From positions 1,565-65,564 of the IMG/VR virus record IMGVR_UViG_3300021959_000031: a stretch of 64,000 nt of DNA, one strand, 5' to 3'. Within the stretch, counting starts at the first letter, position 1. Each line of letters begins with the position of its first letter. Below the pieces are notes generated by a model. The model had not been told where the DNA came from, ran no database searches, and worked only from the letters and a program-made list of their open reading frames with translations. Both the position numbers and the translations under genes were made by a program. The stretch is from a virus (taxonomy: Duplodnaviria > Caudoviricetes). Positions 48,030-56,658 of this stretch are shown in pieces.

Positions 48030-48334
48030 AAAAAGAAGACACCACTAGTTCAGCAGTAGCTGGAAACCCACAACCATTATTTCAGAAGTCTAAGCACGAT
48101 GAGATGCAAGGCCCAAACTGGAGAATGTTCAACGTTCCTATGGAAACATTTGTAAAGTTTGAATCTGGAAGGTATAAGTTTGAAAGGTGGTCTAAATATT
48201 TGAATCTTGAAGATGAAAATCAAGGTGAAATTTATCGATATGCTAAGAGACAACGAAAGAACACTGTTGTTCTTCGATGTGAAGAGACTGGGGCTTTAAG
48301 AGCTATTTTTCGTAAAGGTAATATGAGAAAATAG
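48026..48334 (+). CDS. conserved hypothetical protein
   Basis: F.V..E.F.KF..G..KFERWSKYL, VLR.E.TGALRAI. Confidence 0.75.
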   Translation: MKKEDTTSSAVAGNPQPLFQKSKHDEMQGPNWRMFNVPMETFVKFESGRYKFERWSKYLNLEDENQGEIYRYAKRQRKNTVVLRCEETGALRAIFRKGNMRK

Positions 48335-48428
48335 AACTTTATTGTTTACAAAGCCCGAGTTTATAATATAATGCACAAGTTACAAACTTGATGTATCAAC
48401 CAACACCGAATAAAAGAAAAGAAAAAAA

Positions 48429-49463
48429 ATGTCTAGTACTACTCCTGCGAAAAAGCCACAACTCACAATATGGGATGAACAAATATCCCGAAAGCCTAAC
48501 ATGTTCCCTTGGACTACGAAATATATTCGTTCAATGCATGATAATTTTTGGACCGATAGGAAGTTCAATTTTTCGGCTGATGTTCACCATTTTAAGACTG
48601 TTTTAAACGATCAGTATAGAGAAATAATCGTAAGGGATCTTAGTGCTATTGGTCAAATCGAGATTGCTGTAAAAACATTCTGGGCTAAACTTGGTGATAA
48701 CCTTCCACACCCAGCACTACAGGATCTAGGATATGTTATGGCTAACACTGAAGTTGTTCACAACGAAGCTTATGAAAGATTGATCAGTGTTCTTGGTTTA
48801 GATGATGTTTTCGAAGAGAACTTAAAACTCGACTGTGTTAAAGGTAGAGTCAAATATCTTAAGAAGTATACTCATAGATTCTATAAGGATAGCAAAAAAC
48901 AATACTTGTATGCACTGATTCTCTTTACGCTTTTTGTCGAGAATGTTTCACTTTTCAGTCAATTCTATGTAATCAACTGGTTTGCAAGAACTAAGAATGT
49001 TCTTCCCGCAACTGATCAGCAGGTAATGTATACTCGAAACGAAGAGAACATCCATGCTCAAGTTGGTGCTGAGATCATCAACGAAATCAGAAAGCAAACA
49101 CCAGAACTTTTTGATGATGAACTTAGGGATAGGATCACACATGAAGCTGGAGAAGCTTTTAAAGCAGAATCAAAGATTATTGATTGGATCGTCAATGGAA
49201 TCGATGAGGTTGTAGAGGAAGAAGGTGACCAGCAAGTTGGATTGAGCGCACCTATCCTAAAAGAATTTATTAAAGATAGAATCAATCTTAGCTTGGATAT
49301 GATTGGTTGGGATAAGCTCTTTGATGTTGATGAAGATCTCTTGTCAAAAACTCAGTGGTTCAACGAAGAGCTGCATGGTAACAACAGAACAGATTTCTTT
49401 AATCAAACCCCAGTTGAATATAGCAAAAACAACAAGTCATATGATGAAGATGACTTATTTTAA
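48429..49463 (+). CDS. nrdB: class Ia ribonucleotide reductase beta subunit
   Basis: EVVH..AY, VENVSLFSQF, NEENIH diiron ligands; C-terminal DFF....EY; TTTACA-16-TATAAT at 48345-48372. Confidence 0.93.
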   Translation: MSSTTPAKKPQLTIWDEQISRKPNMFPWTTKYIRSMHDNFWTDRKFNFSADVHHFKTVLNDQYREIIVRDLSAIGQIEIAVKTFWAKLGDNLPHPALQDLGYVMANTEVVHNEAYERLISVLGLDDVFEENLKLDCVKGRVKYLKKYTHRFYKDSKKQYLYALILFTLFVENVSLFSQFYVINWFARTKNVLPATDQQVMYTRNEENIHAQVGAEIINEIRKQTPELFDDELRDRITHEAGEAFKAESKIIDWIVNGIDEVVEEEGDQQVGLSAPILKEFIKDRINLSLDMIGWDKLFDVDEDLLSKTQWFNEELHGNNRTDFFNQTPVEYSKNNKSYDEDDLF

Positions 49464-49492
49464 GTAAACGAAAAAGTAATATATAAGATATA

Positions 49493-51151
49493 ATGAGTGA
49501 TAAAATTGAATGGTTGAATAGGAATTCTAGAAAGTTTTTAAAAGAAGGATATTTAACAGAAGGTGAAGAACCAGAAGACAGACTTAAAGACATAGCAAGA
49601 GGTGCAGAAGATATACTAGGGATCAGTGGGTTTGCTGAAAAATTCCTTGGTTATCTCTATAGAAACTTCTACAGTTTGAGTAGCCCAGTTTGGTGCAACT
49701 TTAACAGGGAGAGAGGTCTTCCAATCTCTTGCTTTGGTTCTTATATTCCAGACAAGTTAGAACACATCTGTGGTCATAAAGTTGGTGAAGTATCAATGAT
49801 GACTAAAAACAGTGGTGGAACAAGTGCATACTTTGGTGACGTTCGTGCCCGTGGAACTACTATCGGAAAGGATTGTGGAACTAGCACTGGTCCTGTTCAC
49901 TTCATGGAGATATATGAATCTCTGATGAATGTTGTGGCTCAAGGTTCAATGCGTAGGGGTGCTTTTGCGGCTTATATGCCTGTAGATCATCCAGACATTG
50001 AAGAGTTCTTGGAGATCATGGAAGAAGGAAATCCCCTACAAAAAATAAGTATAGGTGTTTGTATTTCTGATGAATGGATGCATGACATGTTAGAAAATGA
50101 TAACAAAGTCAACAAGAAAATCTGGGGTAAGATAATCAAAAAGAAATTTGAATCTGGATACCCATACATCTTCTTCTCTGATAACGTTAATAAAGGGGCT
50201 CCACAAGTTTACAAAGATAAGAGCAAAACTATCCATGCTAGTAACCTTTGCAGTGAGATCATGCTCTCTAGCAGTGAAGATGAGAGCTTTGTGTGTTGCT
50301 TGAGTAGTTTGAACTTGAGTAAATGGGAAGAGATTCAAGAAACAGATGCAATTGAAACAATGGTTTACTTCTTGGACGCAGTAATGTCTGAGTTCATCAC
50401 TAAAACTGATGGAATGCCATTTATGGAAAGTGCCAGAAACTTTGCTATCAGACAAAGGGCCCTTGGTATGGGTGCTTTAGGTTGGCATGACTATTTGATC
50501 AAAAACATGATTCCATTTGAGAGCTTGGAAGCACAACTACACAATACTCAGATTTGGTCAACGATAAGAACTAGGGCAGACAAAGCAACTAAAGAACTTG
50601 CTGACATGTTTGGAGAACCAGAATTATTGGAGGGTTATGGAAGAAGGAACACTACAACTCTAGCTGTAGCCCCAACTGTTAGTAGTTCATTTATTCATGG
50701 TCAAGTATCACAGGGCATTGAACCGAACATGGATAACTACTTTACCAATAACAATGCTAAGGGTAAGTTCAGCTACAGAAATCCATATCTGAAAGAAATC
50801 CTAAAAAAGAAAGGTGAGGATTCCAGAGAAACTTGGGATAGTATTCTTAGAAGAGGTGGGAGTGTTCAACATCTGGAGTTTTTAAGTGATCACGAAAAGG
50901 ATGTGTTTAAAACTTGGGGTGAGATTAGCCAAAAGGAGATCATCATCCAAGCTGCACAGAGACAACAATTCATTGATCAAGGTCAATCGTTGAATGTTAT
51001 GATTGATCCAGAAACTCCAGCCAGAGAGGTTAGTAAGTTGATGATATATGCATGGAAGCAAGGTGTTAAAAGTTTATACTATCAACGAAGTGCAAACCCA
51101 GCACAGAAGTTGGCTAGGGAGATTAACGAATGCTCAACCTGCGAAGGATAA
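49493..51151 (+). CDS. nrdA: class Ia ribonucleotide reductase alpha subunit (short, no ATP cone)
   Basis: LPISCF, SNLCSEI, CCLSSLN, APTVSSS, IDQGQSLN, KSLYY, C-terminal CSTC. Confidence 0.95.
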   Translation: MSDKIEWLNRNSRKFLKEGYLTEGEEPEDRLKDIARGAEDILGISGFAEKFLGYLYRNFYSLSSPVWCNFNRERGLPISCFGSYIPDKLEHICGHKVGEVSMMTKNSGGTSAYFGDVRARGTTIGKDCGTSTGPVHFMEIYESLMNVVAQGSMRRGAFAAYMPVDHPDIEEFLEIMEEGNPLQKISIGVCISDEWMHDMLENDNKVNKKIWGKIIKKKFESGYPYIFFSDNVNKGAPQVYKDKSKTIHASNLCSEIMLSSSEDESFVCCLSSLNLSKWEEIQETDAIETMVYFLDAVMSEFITKTDGMPFMESARNFAIRQRALGMGALGWHDYLIKNMIPFESLEAQLHNTQIWSTIRTRADKATKELADMFGEPELLEGYGRRNTTTLAVAPTVSSSFIHGQVSQGIEPNMDNYFTNNNAKGKFSYRNPYLKEILKKKGEDSRETWDSILRRGGSVQHLEFLSDHEKDVFKTWGEISQKEIIIQAAQRQQFIDQGQSLNVMIDPETPAREVSKLMIYAWKQGVKSLYYQRSANPAQKLAREINECSTCEG

Positions 51152-51152
51152 C

Positions 51153-51359
51153 ATGATACACGAACACAAATGCAATTTCTGTAGGGCTCAATATGAAATA
51201 TATTGGGATGATGACCCCATCTCCTTTTCGACTGGTGTTGAAGATGTAGATGATGACCACAACGACAACCACGAAGAATTTCTTCCAGAATATTGTCCTT
51301 TTTGTGGAACTCATATACATTGCAGTGATGCAGATCAAACTCCACAATTCGAAGGTTAA
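51153..51359 (+). CDS. small zinc-ribbon protein
   Basis: CNFC ... YCPFCG. Confidence 0.7.
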   Translation: MIHEHKCNFCRAQYEIYWDDDPISFSTGVEDVDDDHNDNHEEFLPEYCPFCGTHIHCSDADQTPQFEG

Positions 51360-51368
51360 ACAAAAATC

Positions 51369-51400
51369 GGGTGTAGAAAATTCTCTGCACCCCTTTTTTT
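51369..51400 (+). terminator. rho-independent terminator
   Basis: GGGTGTAGA...TCTGCACCC then T7. Confidence 0.8.
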
Positions 51401-51403
51401 ATC

Positions 51404-51462
51404 TTTACATTTTTGCGGTTTCGTGTTAGGTTGTAACCACAATCGAGAGAGATTATATTATG
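51404..51462 (+). promoter_or_regulatory. early promoter-leader cassette
   Basis: TTTACA-17-TAGGTT-GTAACCACAATCGAGAGAGATTATATT-ATG. Confidence 0.8.
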
Positions 51463-51720
51463 ACAAAAACATACAATGTAAAAAAAGAAGCCGCCAAGTT
51501 AACTTTAGCTGAGTATAAGAAGTTGGAAGCTGGGAATGATCATTCCCGATGCTACGAGATTCTTGCTGTTTATGGTGAAGATAGAGAAGCACTAGAAGTC
51601 GCAAAATTCAACACTGAGTTTCGAAACAAGTTTGGTTATTGCAACACTGCATTGAGGGATGAAGCTCATGAGTTATGCAATCACTATTATGCTCTTCTAG
51701 TATCTGATGCTAACAGCTAA
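51460..51720 (+). CDS. early hypothetical protein
   Basis: Starts at the cassette ATG. Confidence 0.75.
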   Translation: MTKTYNVKKEAAKLTLAEYKKLEAGNDHSRCYEILAVYGEDREALEVAKFNTEFRNKFGYCNTALRDEAHELCNHYYALLVSDANS

Positions 51721-51896
51721 TTAAAATAATATGGAAAAAATACTAATATTCTTTGCTTCTATTTTGATATCCTTTTGGATTGTGAGTGTTTCATTTTTCT
51801 TGATTTCACTACTAATCGATACAGTTTTTACAAAGAAAGAAAATGTCTAGCGAAAGCCTAGTGTCTATACGCAAAGAGGATTCCATTGAAGATAAC

Positions 51897-51971
51897 AAAT
51901 GAAGTTTTTTGTTGACGAATCGTGCTTTTCGTGATAAGTTGTAAACACAATCGAGAGAGATTATATTATGA
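51897..51971 (+). repeat. 75-bp early promoter-leader direct repeat, copy 1 (copy 2 at 52277-52351)
   Basis: TTGACG-17-TAAGTT plus leader; copies differ at 3 positions. Confidence 0.9.
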
Positions 51972-52282
51972 GTGATGACAAAAAAAATCCACAAGTTGGA
52001 ATATTAAACCGAGCTAAAGGACAATCTTTACTTTCAAGATTACTAGATGGTGACAGGTCGTTTGATAAGGATGAAATTGATGCTGAGGTTCAAGACATGG
52101 ATACAGAATCTCTAAAGTCTATAATCAGATCATTTAATATGCCACTCTCTAAGCTTGAAAATACTCGTGATGCAGTTACATTCGCAAATATCTTCCCCTT
52201 ACATAGTGGGATTGAGTCAGCAAGAGATTATCAAATCCAACAAGTATTAAAAGAGTTAGATAGAAGAGATCGAAAAAAATGA
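51968..52282 (+). CDS. early hypothetical protein
   Basis: Starts at the cassette ATG; bracketed by the direct repeats. Confidence 0.75.
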   Translation: MSDDKKNPQVGILNRAKGQSLLSRLLDGDRSFDKDEIDAEVQDMDTESLKSIIRSFNMPLSKLENTRDAVTFANIFPLHSGIESARDYQIQQVLKELDRRDRKK

Positions 52283-52347
52283 AGCTTTTTGTTGACGAAT
52301 CGCGCTTTTCGTGATAAGTTGTAAACACAATCGAGAGGGATTATATT

Positions 52348-52521
52348 ATGAAAACACTTAAACAAATCAAAAAGGTAATTGAAGAAAATTATGAATCGAA
52401 CAATCCTACTTACGCGGGATTGAGTTCATCAGAGATTGGAGAGCATAGTCGGTCGATTATGTTTGGAGATGATATGGAAGCATTTCCAGATGAAAAAGAG
52501 TGGTCTGCAATTACAGATTAA
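52348..52521 (+). CDS. 57-aa early hypothetical protein (not in ORF track)
   Basis: MKTLKQIKKVIEENYE...; starts at the cassette ATG. Confidence 0.7.
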   Translation: MKTLKQIKKVIEENYESNNPTYAGLSSSEIGEHSRSIMFGDDMEAFPDEKEWSAITD

Positions 52522-52632
52522 TCTTTTGTGACAGGTTTTAACTACAATCAAGAGAGATTATATCATAATCGCAGGCATCCCTTGGATATACCTTTCCCCG
52601 AAGTTCTATAACCACTACGACAAATTTAAATA

Positions 52633-52866
52633 ATGACAGCTACAGATTACATAGAAAAAGAAATTACACCAGTCAAAGGAGGTGTTGTGTGGTCACCTCA
52701 TCATTACATATTGACTAGAGGATATGGTTATGTTCACAAAATACTTGATGTGAAAAAGAAGATACGAGATGGTAAAGAGAACTTCCTGTTAACAGTAAAA
52801 ACTAAAGCACCTTCAGGGGCTATCGTGAATAATAATCATGAAGTTTGGCTGGATGAAATTGATTGA
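52633..52866 (+). CDS. hypothetical protein
   Basis: 77-aa ORF. Confidence 0.6.
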   Translation: MTATDYIEKEITPVKGGVVWSPHHYILTRGYGYVHKILDVKKKIRDGKENFLLTVKTKAPSGAIVNNNHEVWLDEID

Positions 52867-53028
52867 ATGAGATACGAACTTAATAAACTAAAATTAAAAT
52901 GTTGGAATGATGCACTGGATGAGTATTTGGAATATAAAAAGAAAAATCCAAAATGCAAATGGAGCGAGTGGTATACACTTAAAAAAGTTTCGGGCATTAT
53001 AAAAGAAAAGGAAAAAAAACATGAATAA
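52867..53028 (+). CDS. 53-aa basic hypothetical protein (not in ORF track)
   Basis: MRYELNKLKLKCWNDAL...; abuts the previous stop. Confidence 0.5.
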   Translation: MRYELNKLKLKCWNDALDEYLEYKKKNPKCKWSEWYTLKKVSGIIKEKEKKHE

Positions 53029-53152
53029 AAAAGAAGAGAATGTTGTTGACAAATCACACAACATTGAATAGAATATGCTTACGAAAGTTAAAGAAAAACA
53101 ATCAAGTTTTTATCCTAGCACTATCTACTATAACTTCAGTTCACCAAAAACA

Positions 53153-53407
53153 ATGAAAACAGAAATCATCAACTATATACAGGACAGGTATAACCAATGG
53201 AATGAATTAGGTAGAACATATCCAGAGCCAAACATCGGGGTGGAAACAGTGTGCCAAGACCTAGGTGCAAGGCTCATGCCTTACAAAACAAAGCGTCAGA
53301 TAAAAAGCATCATAAACCACATTTTGACAACATCAGACACGCTAGAAAGCTCAATTGGAGTTGATGACTGGAGTGGTCGAGAGTGCAGAGTATTCAACCC
53401 GCGATAA
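53153..53407 (+). CDS. hypothetical protein
   Basis: TTGACA-17-TAGAAT at 53046-53074 makes ATG 53075 unlikely; start set at MKTEIINY. Confidence 0.6.
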   Translation: MKTEIINYIQDRYNQWNELGRTYPEPNIGVETVCQDLGARLMPYKTKRQIKSIINHILTTSDTLESSIGVDDWSGRECRVFNPR

Positions 53408-53409
53408 AA

Positions 53410-53535
53410 ATGACAACAGAAGAAGAAGAAATCTGCTCAGAGTGTGGCTCGAAAAATATGTCTTACCTTGCAACCTATGCAGATGACGACGAGGAATGGG
53501 TGTGCAGTGATTGTGGGGCAGGGACTCACGACTGA
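53410..53535 (+). CDS. 41-aa zinc-ribbon peptide (not in ORF track)
   Basis: CSECGS ... WVCSDCG. Confidence 0.6.
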   Translation: MTTEEEEICSECGSKNMSYLATYADDDEEWVCSDCGAGTHD

Positions 53536-53587
53536 TTCACCCTTGATAAGGTAAAATAACTAACAATGAACAAAGGAAAAAAAGATA

Positions 53588-53875
53588 ATGAGTGATGAGA
53601 GAACAATAACTTTTCGGGTTAATAGAACAGAAATAACCCGTAATGAAGAGATTTGGTTAACAGAAATTACACTTGACGAGATAAGAAAGAGTAAACCATT
53701 TCAAACTAAGGGAATCAGTGATGAAGAAGTTATCCTTCAGGTAGAATTATGCCCCGAAGATTATATGGAGCTGTATGAAGGAAAGATGACAAATAAGAGG
53801 TTGGAAACTATTGACATTAAAGATCATGTTGAAACTATCGTTGATGATGCAGTCAATTGCATTACCAACCTTTAA
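53588..53875 (+). CDS. hypothetical protein
   Basis: 95-aa ORF. Confidence 0.6.
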   Translation: MSDERTITFRVNRTEITRNEEIWLTEITLDEIRKSKPFQTKGISDEEVILQVELCPEDYMELYEGKMTNKRLETIDIKDHVETIVDDAVNCITNL

Positions 53876-53883
53876 GAAAAATT

Positions 53884-54081
53884 ATGAAAAATAAAAAAAC
53901 AGATTGGAATTTAGTTGCAGTATTATTGAGTATAGCCGCTCTAGGTATTTTGGTTTGTGGCATGGCTAAATGGATCGACGAACAGTCGCGCCGCATTGAT
54001 ACTCTAGAATTAGAAGTCATATCACTACAAGGGTCAAAACCAAAACGATCAAAGGTTATCTGGCACGGTAATACATATTAG
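53884..54081 (+). CDS. small membrane-anchored protein
   Basis: Hydrophobic helix LVAVLLSIAALGILVCGM then short coiled coil. Confidence 0.6.
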   Translation: MKNKKTDWNLVAVLLSIAALGILVCGMAKWIDEQSRRIDTLELEVISLQGSKPKRSKVIWHGNTY

Positions 54082-54101
54082 CATAACAATGTTGTGAAAT
54101 T

Positions 54102-54254
54102 ATGAATGAAAAAACATCTATCGTAAAATTTTCTGATGGAACTATAGCAGTTGGAGATACTAGTAGTAACTCCTTTGCTGATTTCATTATAGATATAATG
54201 GAAGAGAATCAATGCATTGTTGTTGATGTATCTCTATTCACTAACAGCAAATAA
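54102..54254 (+). CDS. 50-aa hypothetical protein (not in ORF track)
   Basis: MNEKTSIVKFSDG... Confidence 0.45.
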   Translation: MNEKTSIVKFSDGTIAVGDTSSNSFADFIIDIMEENQCIVVDVSLFTNSK

Positions 54255-54268
54255 AAACAAAAGAAATT

Positions 54269-54436
54269 ATGGGAAAAAGACAAATAAAAGGAAGAACTAA
54301 AGATGGTCAAGGTCGAGGAAAAACTCAAGGTAGAACCTGGGGGCCTATGGTCTATAATGAAATCGTTGGATACAAAGTTACTCCAAAGGTACATTCCGCC
54401 ATCATGAGTAAACAGAAAAAGAAAAAATCGAAGTAG
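54269..54436 (+). CDS. 55-aa highly basic protein (not in ORF track)
   Basis: MGKRQIKGRTKDGQGRGKTQGRTWG...KQKKKKSK. Confidence 0.55.
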   Translation: MGKRQIKGRTKDGQGRGKTQGRTWGPMVYNEIVGYKVTPKVHSAIMSKQKKKKSK

Positions 54437-54541
54437 AGTATGCCTGTCTCCCTTGGATGGTGCAGTCCCCTATCACTCATTTTCTTTCTTTGTGTTGTAT
54501 TCGGCAAGAAGGGTGTAGATTCAAATAAAACATTTTAAACG

Positions 54542-54769
54542 ATGGATACTAAAACTCAAATACTAACTAACATACTGCTGACTCTTTGCTTTGCTTTTGT
54601 TGTTCATGTTTCACTAGAAACACAAAACAGCATAAAAAAAATCCAAGATCAGATGAATTCTTTTGATCTTAGAGATGAGATCTACTTTAAAGCAAAGATG
54701 CGAGTGATAGAGAGTATCGAAAAGCAGATAGAAGAAGACGAAAGAAACAACTCAACCTATAGTTTATAA
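54542..54769 (+). CDS. small membrane-anchored coiled-coil protein
   Basis: N-terminal hydrophobic segment. Confidence 0.55.
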   Translation: MDTKTQILTNILLTLCFAFVVHVSLETQNSIKKIQDQMNSFDLRDEIYFKAKMRVIESIEKQIEEDERNNSTYSL

Positions 54770-54784
54770 TATAGTGGTTATAGA

Positions 54785-55090
54785 ATGAGTGATAAAATAA
54801 AAGCGGCAATTAGTCTAAGGGATAAAGCCAAAAAACAGCTTGAAGGTTTCGACAGATTGGTAGTGAGTCTCTCAATTGAGGATTTAGATCCAGATTTCTT
54901 CAACAGGGGTGAGCCTGGAAAAGTTAGTATTGAATCCAGAAACCCCACTATCTTGACAAAGAACAGGCATCTGTTAGCAAAATACAGAAGAGGTATTTCT
55001 GTTAAGATCAACGATTTGGAATTTCCAGCAAGTCAGGTAACTGATGATTTATGGGAACATTTGTTGGAAGAGCATTCTAAAAAAAGATAA
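54785..55090 (+). CDS. hypothetical protein
   Basis: 101-aa ORF. Confidence 0.6.
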   Translation: MSDKIKAAISLRDKAKKQLEGFDRLVVSLSIEDLDPDFFNRGEPGKVSIESRNPTILTKNRHLLAKYRRGISVKINDLEFPASQVTDDLWEHLLEEHSKKR

Positions 55091-55155
55091 CTTTGTTGTT
55101 TACAAATATGCACTTCATGTTATAGTGCAACCAGAATCAAGAGAGATTATATATT

Positions 55156-55311
55156 ATGGTAACTAAAATTACAATTGAAGCAAGTGACACTAAAGACCTC
55201 ATTAAACGTCTTGACCAAATTAAAGATGCTATAGAATCTAATAGTATTGAAGACTATGCGTTAATGGATGGTTCTTTTCAAATAGGATCTTCAAATTTAC
55301 AAGTGGATTAA
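55156..55311 (+). CDS. 51-aa early hypothetical protein (not in ORF track)
   Basis: Behind TTTACA-16-TATAGT (55099-55126) and AATCAAGAGAGATTATATATT leader. Confidence 0.65.
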   Translation: MVTKITIEASDTKDLIKRLDQIKDAIESNSIEDYALMDGSFQIGSSNLQVD

Positions 55312-55326
55312 TGAAAACTAGCAAAG
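55248..55326 (+). repeat. 79-bp direct repeat, copy 1 (copy 2 at 56477-56555)
   Basis: 76/79 identical; brackets the thyX segment. Confidence 0.9.
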
Positions 55327-55517
55327 AGATATTCAAGAGGTGCCGAGCTGCATATGAACGTGCAGAGTGTTTCCTTGCAGATCAGATGAAAAAGGATTCG
55401 AACGAAGTCGATGTTATGTATGCACTTAAGAAAGAAATAAGCAAGCATCTTTCATACGATATTAAAAGCGAGTATTTGTATGATATGATACGATACAATA
55501 AAAATAAAATGAACTAG
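55311..55517 (+). CDS. hypothetical protein
   Basis: TAATG overlap with the upstream ORF. Confidence 0.6.
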   Translation: MKTSKEIFKRCRAAYERAECFLADQMKKDSNEVDVMYALKKEISKHLSYDIKSEYLYDMIRYNKNKMN

Positions 55518-55538
55518 CAATCACTAGTATGATATTAA

Positions 55539-55730
55539 ATGAAAAAGGAATTAGAAAAAATAGCAAAAAAACACCTGGGTATTGAAGAGTTAGAATCTGA
55601 TCGCAGTTTGGATTTGAGGATGTTTTCCCTCTCTCAAATAAAAAAAGCTCTTGAATCTGCATATGCGGCGGGAGCAGACGGCTTCAAGTTTAACATATCA
55701 GAAAGCACAACACCTGACGGAATATTATAA
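55539..55730 (+). CDS. hypothetical phage protein
   Basis: LEKIAKKHLGIE.LE...S.D......IKKALESAYAAG motif common in phage small proteins. Confidence 0.7.
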   Translation: MKKELEKIAKKHLGIEELESDRSLDLRMFSLSQIKKALESAYAAGADGFKFNISESTTPDGIL

Positions 55731-55837
55731 TATGAAAGAATTTGTAATTGACACGACACTTATATTTGCCTTTATAGTCTTAGTGTATGCAACACTAATC
55801 TTTATATCAGAAGCATTTTAAGATAGATAATAAATTA

Positions 55838-56479
55838 ATGAGTAAAATAGTAAAACTAATCAGCGTGACTCCCGATGCAGAAGCGACAATGGGTCGTGTT
55901 GCAAGAGTGAGTAATCCATCAAATCAAAATAACCCAGAAATTGCTGGCTTATTAAAATATTGCGTTAAGCATCAACATTGGTCAGTCTTTGAGCAATCAT
56001 TCATGACACTTGAGATTGAAACTAATCGAGGCATTGCCGCGCAAATCTTAAGGCACAGAAGCTTTACATATCAAGAGTTTTCTCAGAGATATGCAGATAG
56101 TTCTATGTTGTCAGATTTAATTCCAATGTTTGATTTGAGAAGCCAAGATACAAAGAACAGGCAGAATTCCATTGATGATATTGATGAATCTGTTAAAGAA
56201 TCTTTTGAAACGAAAATCAAAGAACATCTACTTGACAGTATGTTTCTGTATCAAGAGATGCTCGATGCTAACATCGCTAAAGAATGTGCTAGATTTATTC
56301 TACCGTTAGCAACTCCAACTCGTATCTATATGAGCGGTTCATGTAGAAGTTGGATTCACTATATTGATTTGAGAAGTGGTAATGGAACACAACTTGAGCA
56401 TATGAATATTGCAAATGCCTGTAAAGAAATTTTTGTAGAGCAATTCCCGACAGTTGCAGAAGCACTAGAATGGAAATGA
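55838..56479 (+). CDS. thyX: flavin-dependent thymidylate synthase
   Basis: ARVSNP, HWSVFEQ, QILRHRSFTYQEFSQRY, ECARFILP, RSWIHY..LR, TQLEH. Confidence 0.95.
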   Translation: MSKIVKLISVTPDAEATMGRVARVSNPSNQNNPEIAGLLKYCVKHQHWSVFEQSFMTLEIETNRGIAAQILRHRSFTYQEFSQRYADSSMLSDLIPMFDLRSQDTKNRQNSIDDIDESVKESFETKIKEHLLDSMFLYQEMLDANIAKECARFILPLATPTRIYMSGSCRSWIHYIDLRSGNGTQLEHMNIANACKEIFVEQFPTVAEALEWK

Positions 56480-56658
56480 AGACTATACGTTAATGGATGG
56501 TTCTTTTTAAATAGGATCTTCAAATTTACAAGCGGATTAATGAAAACTAGCAAAGGGTGCCGATAATAGCATTGTTAGTAATCCAAACATTTAATCAAGT
56601 TTTTAGTTTCCATATTTATACACAACGGTGAACACCATTTTCGTATAAATAGATCTAT

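Noticed and set aside
3985-51151. Introns or inteins in terminase, polymerase, helicase, nrdA/nrdB
   Set aside because: All are continuous ORFs of normal length with no splicing motifs; the only oddity is a short acidic insertion in NrdB
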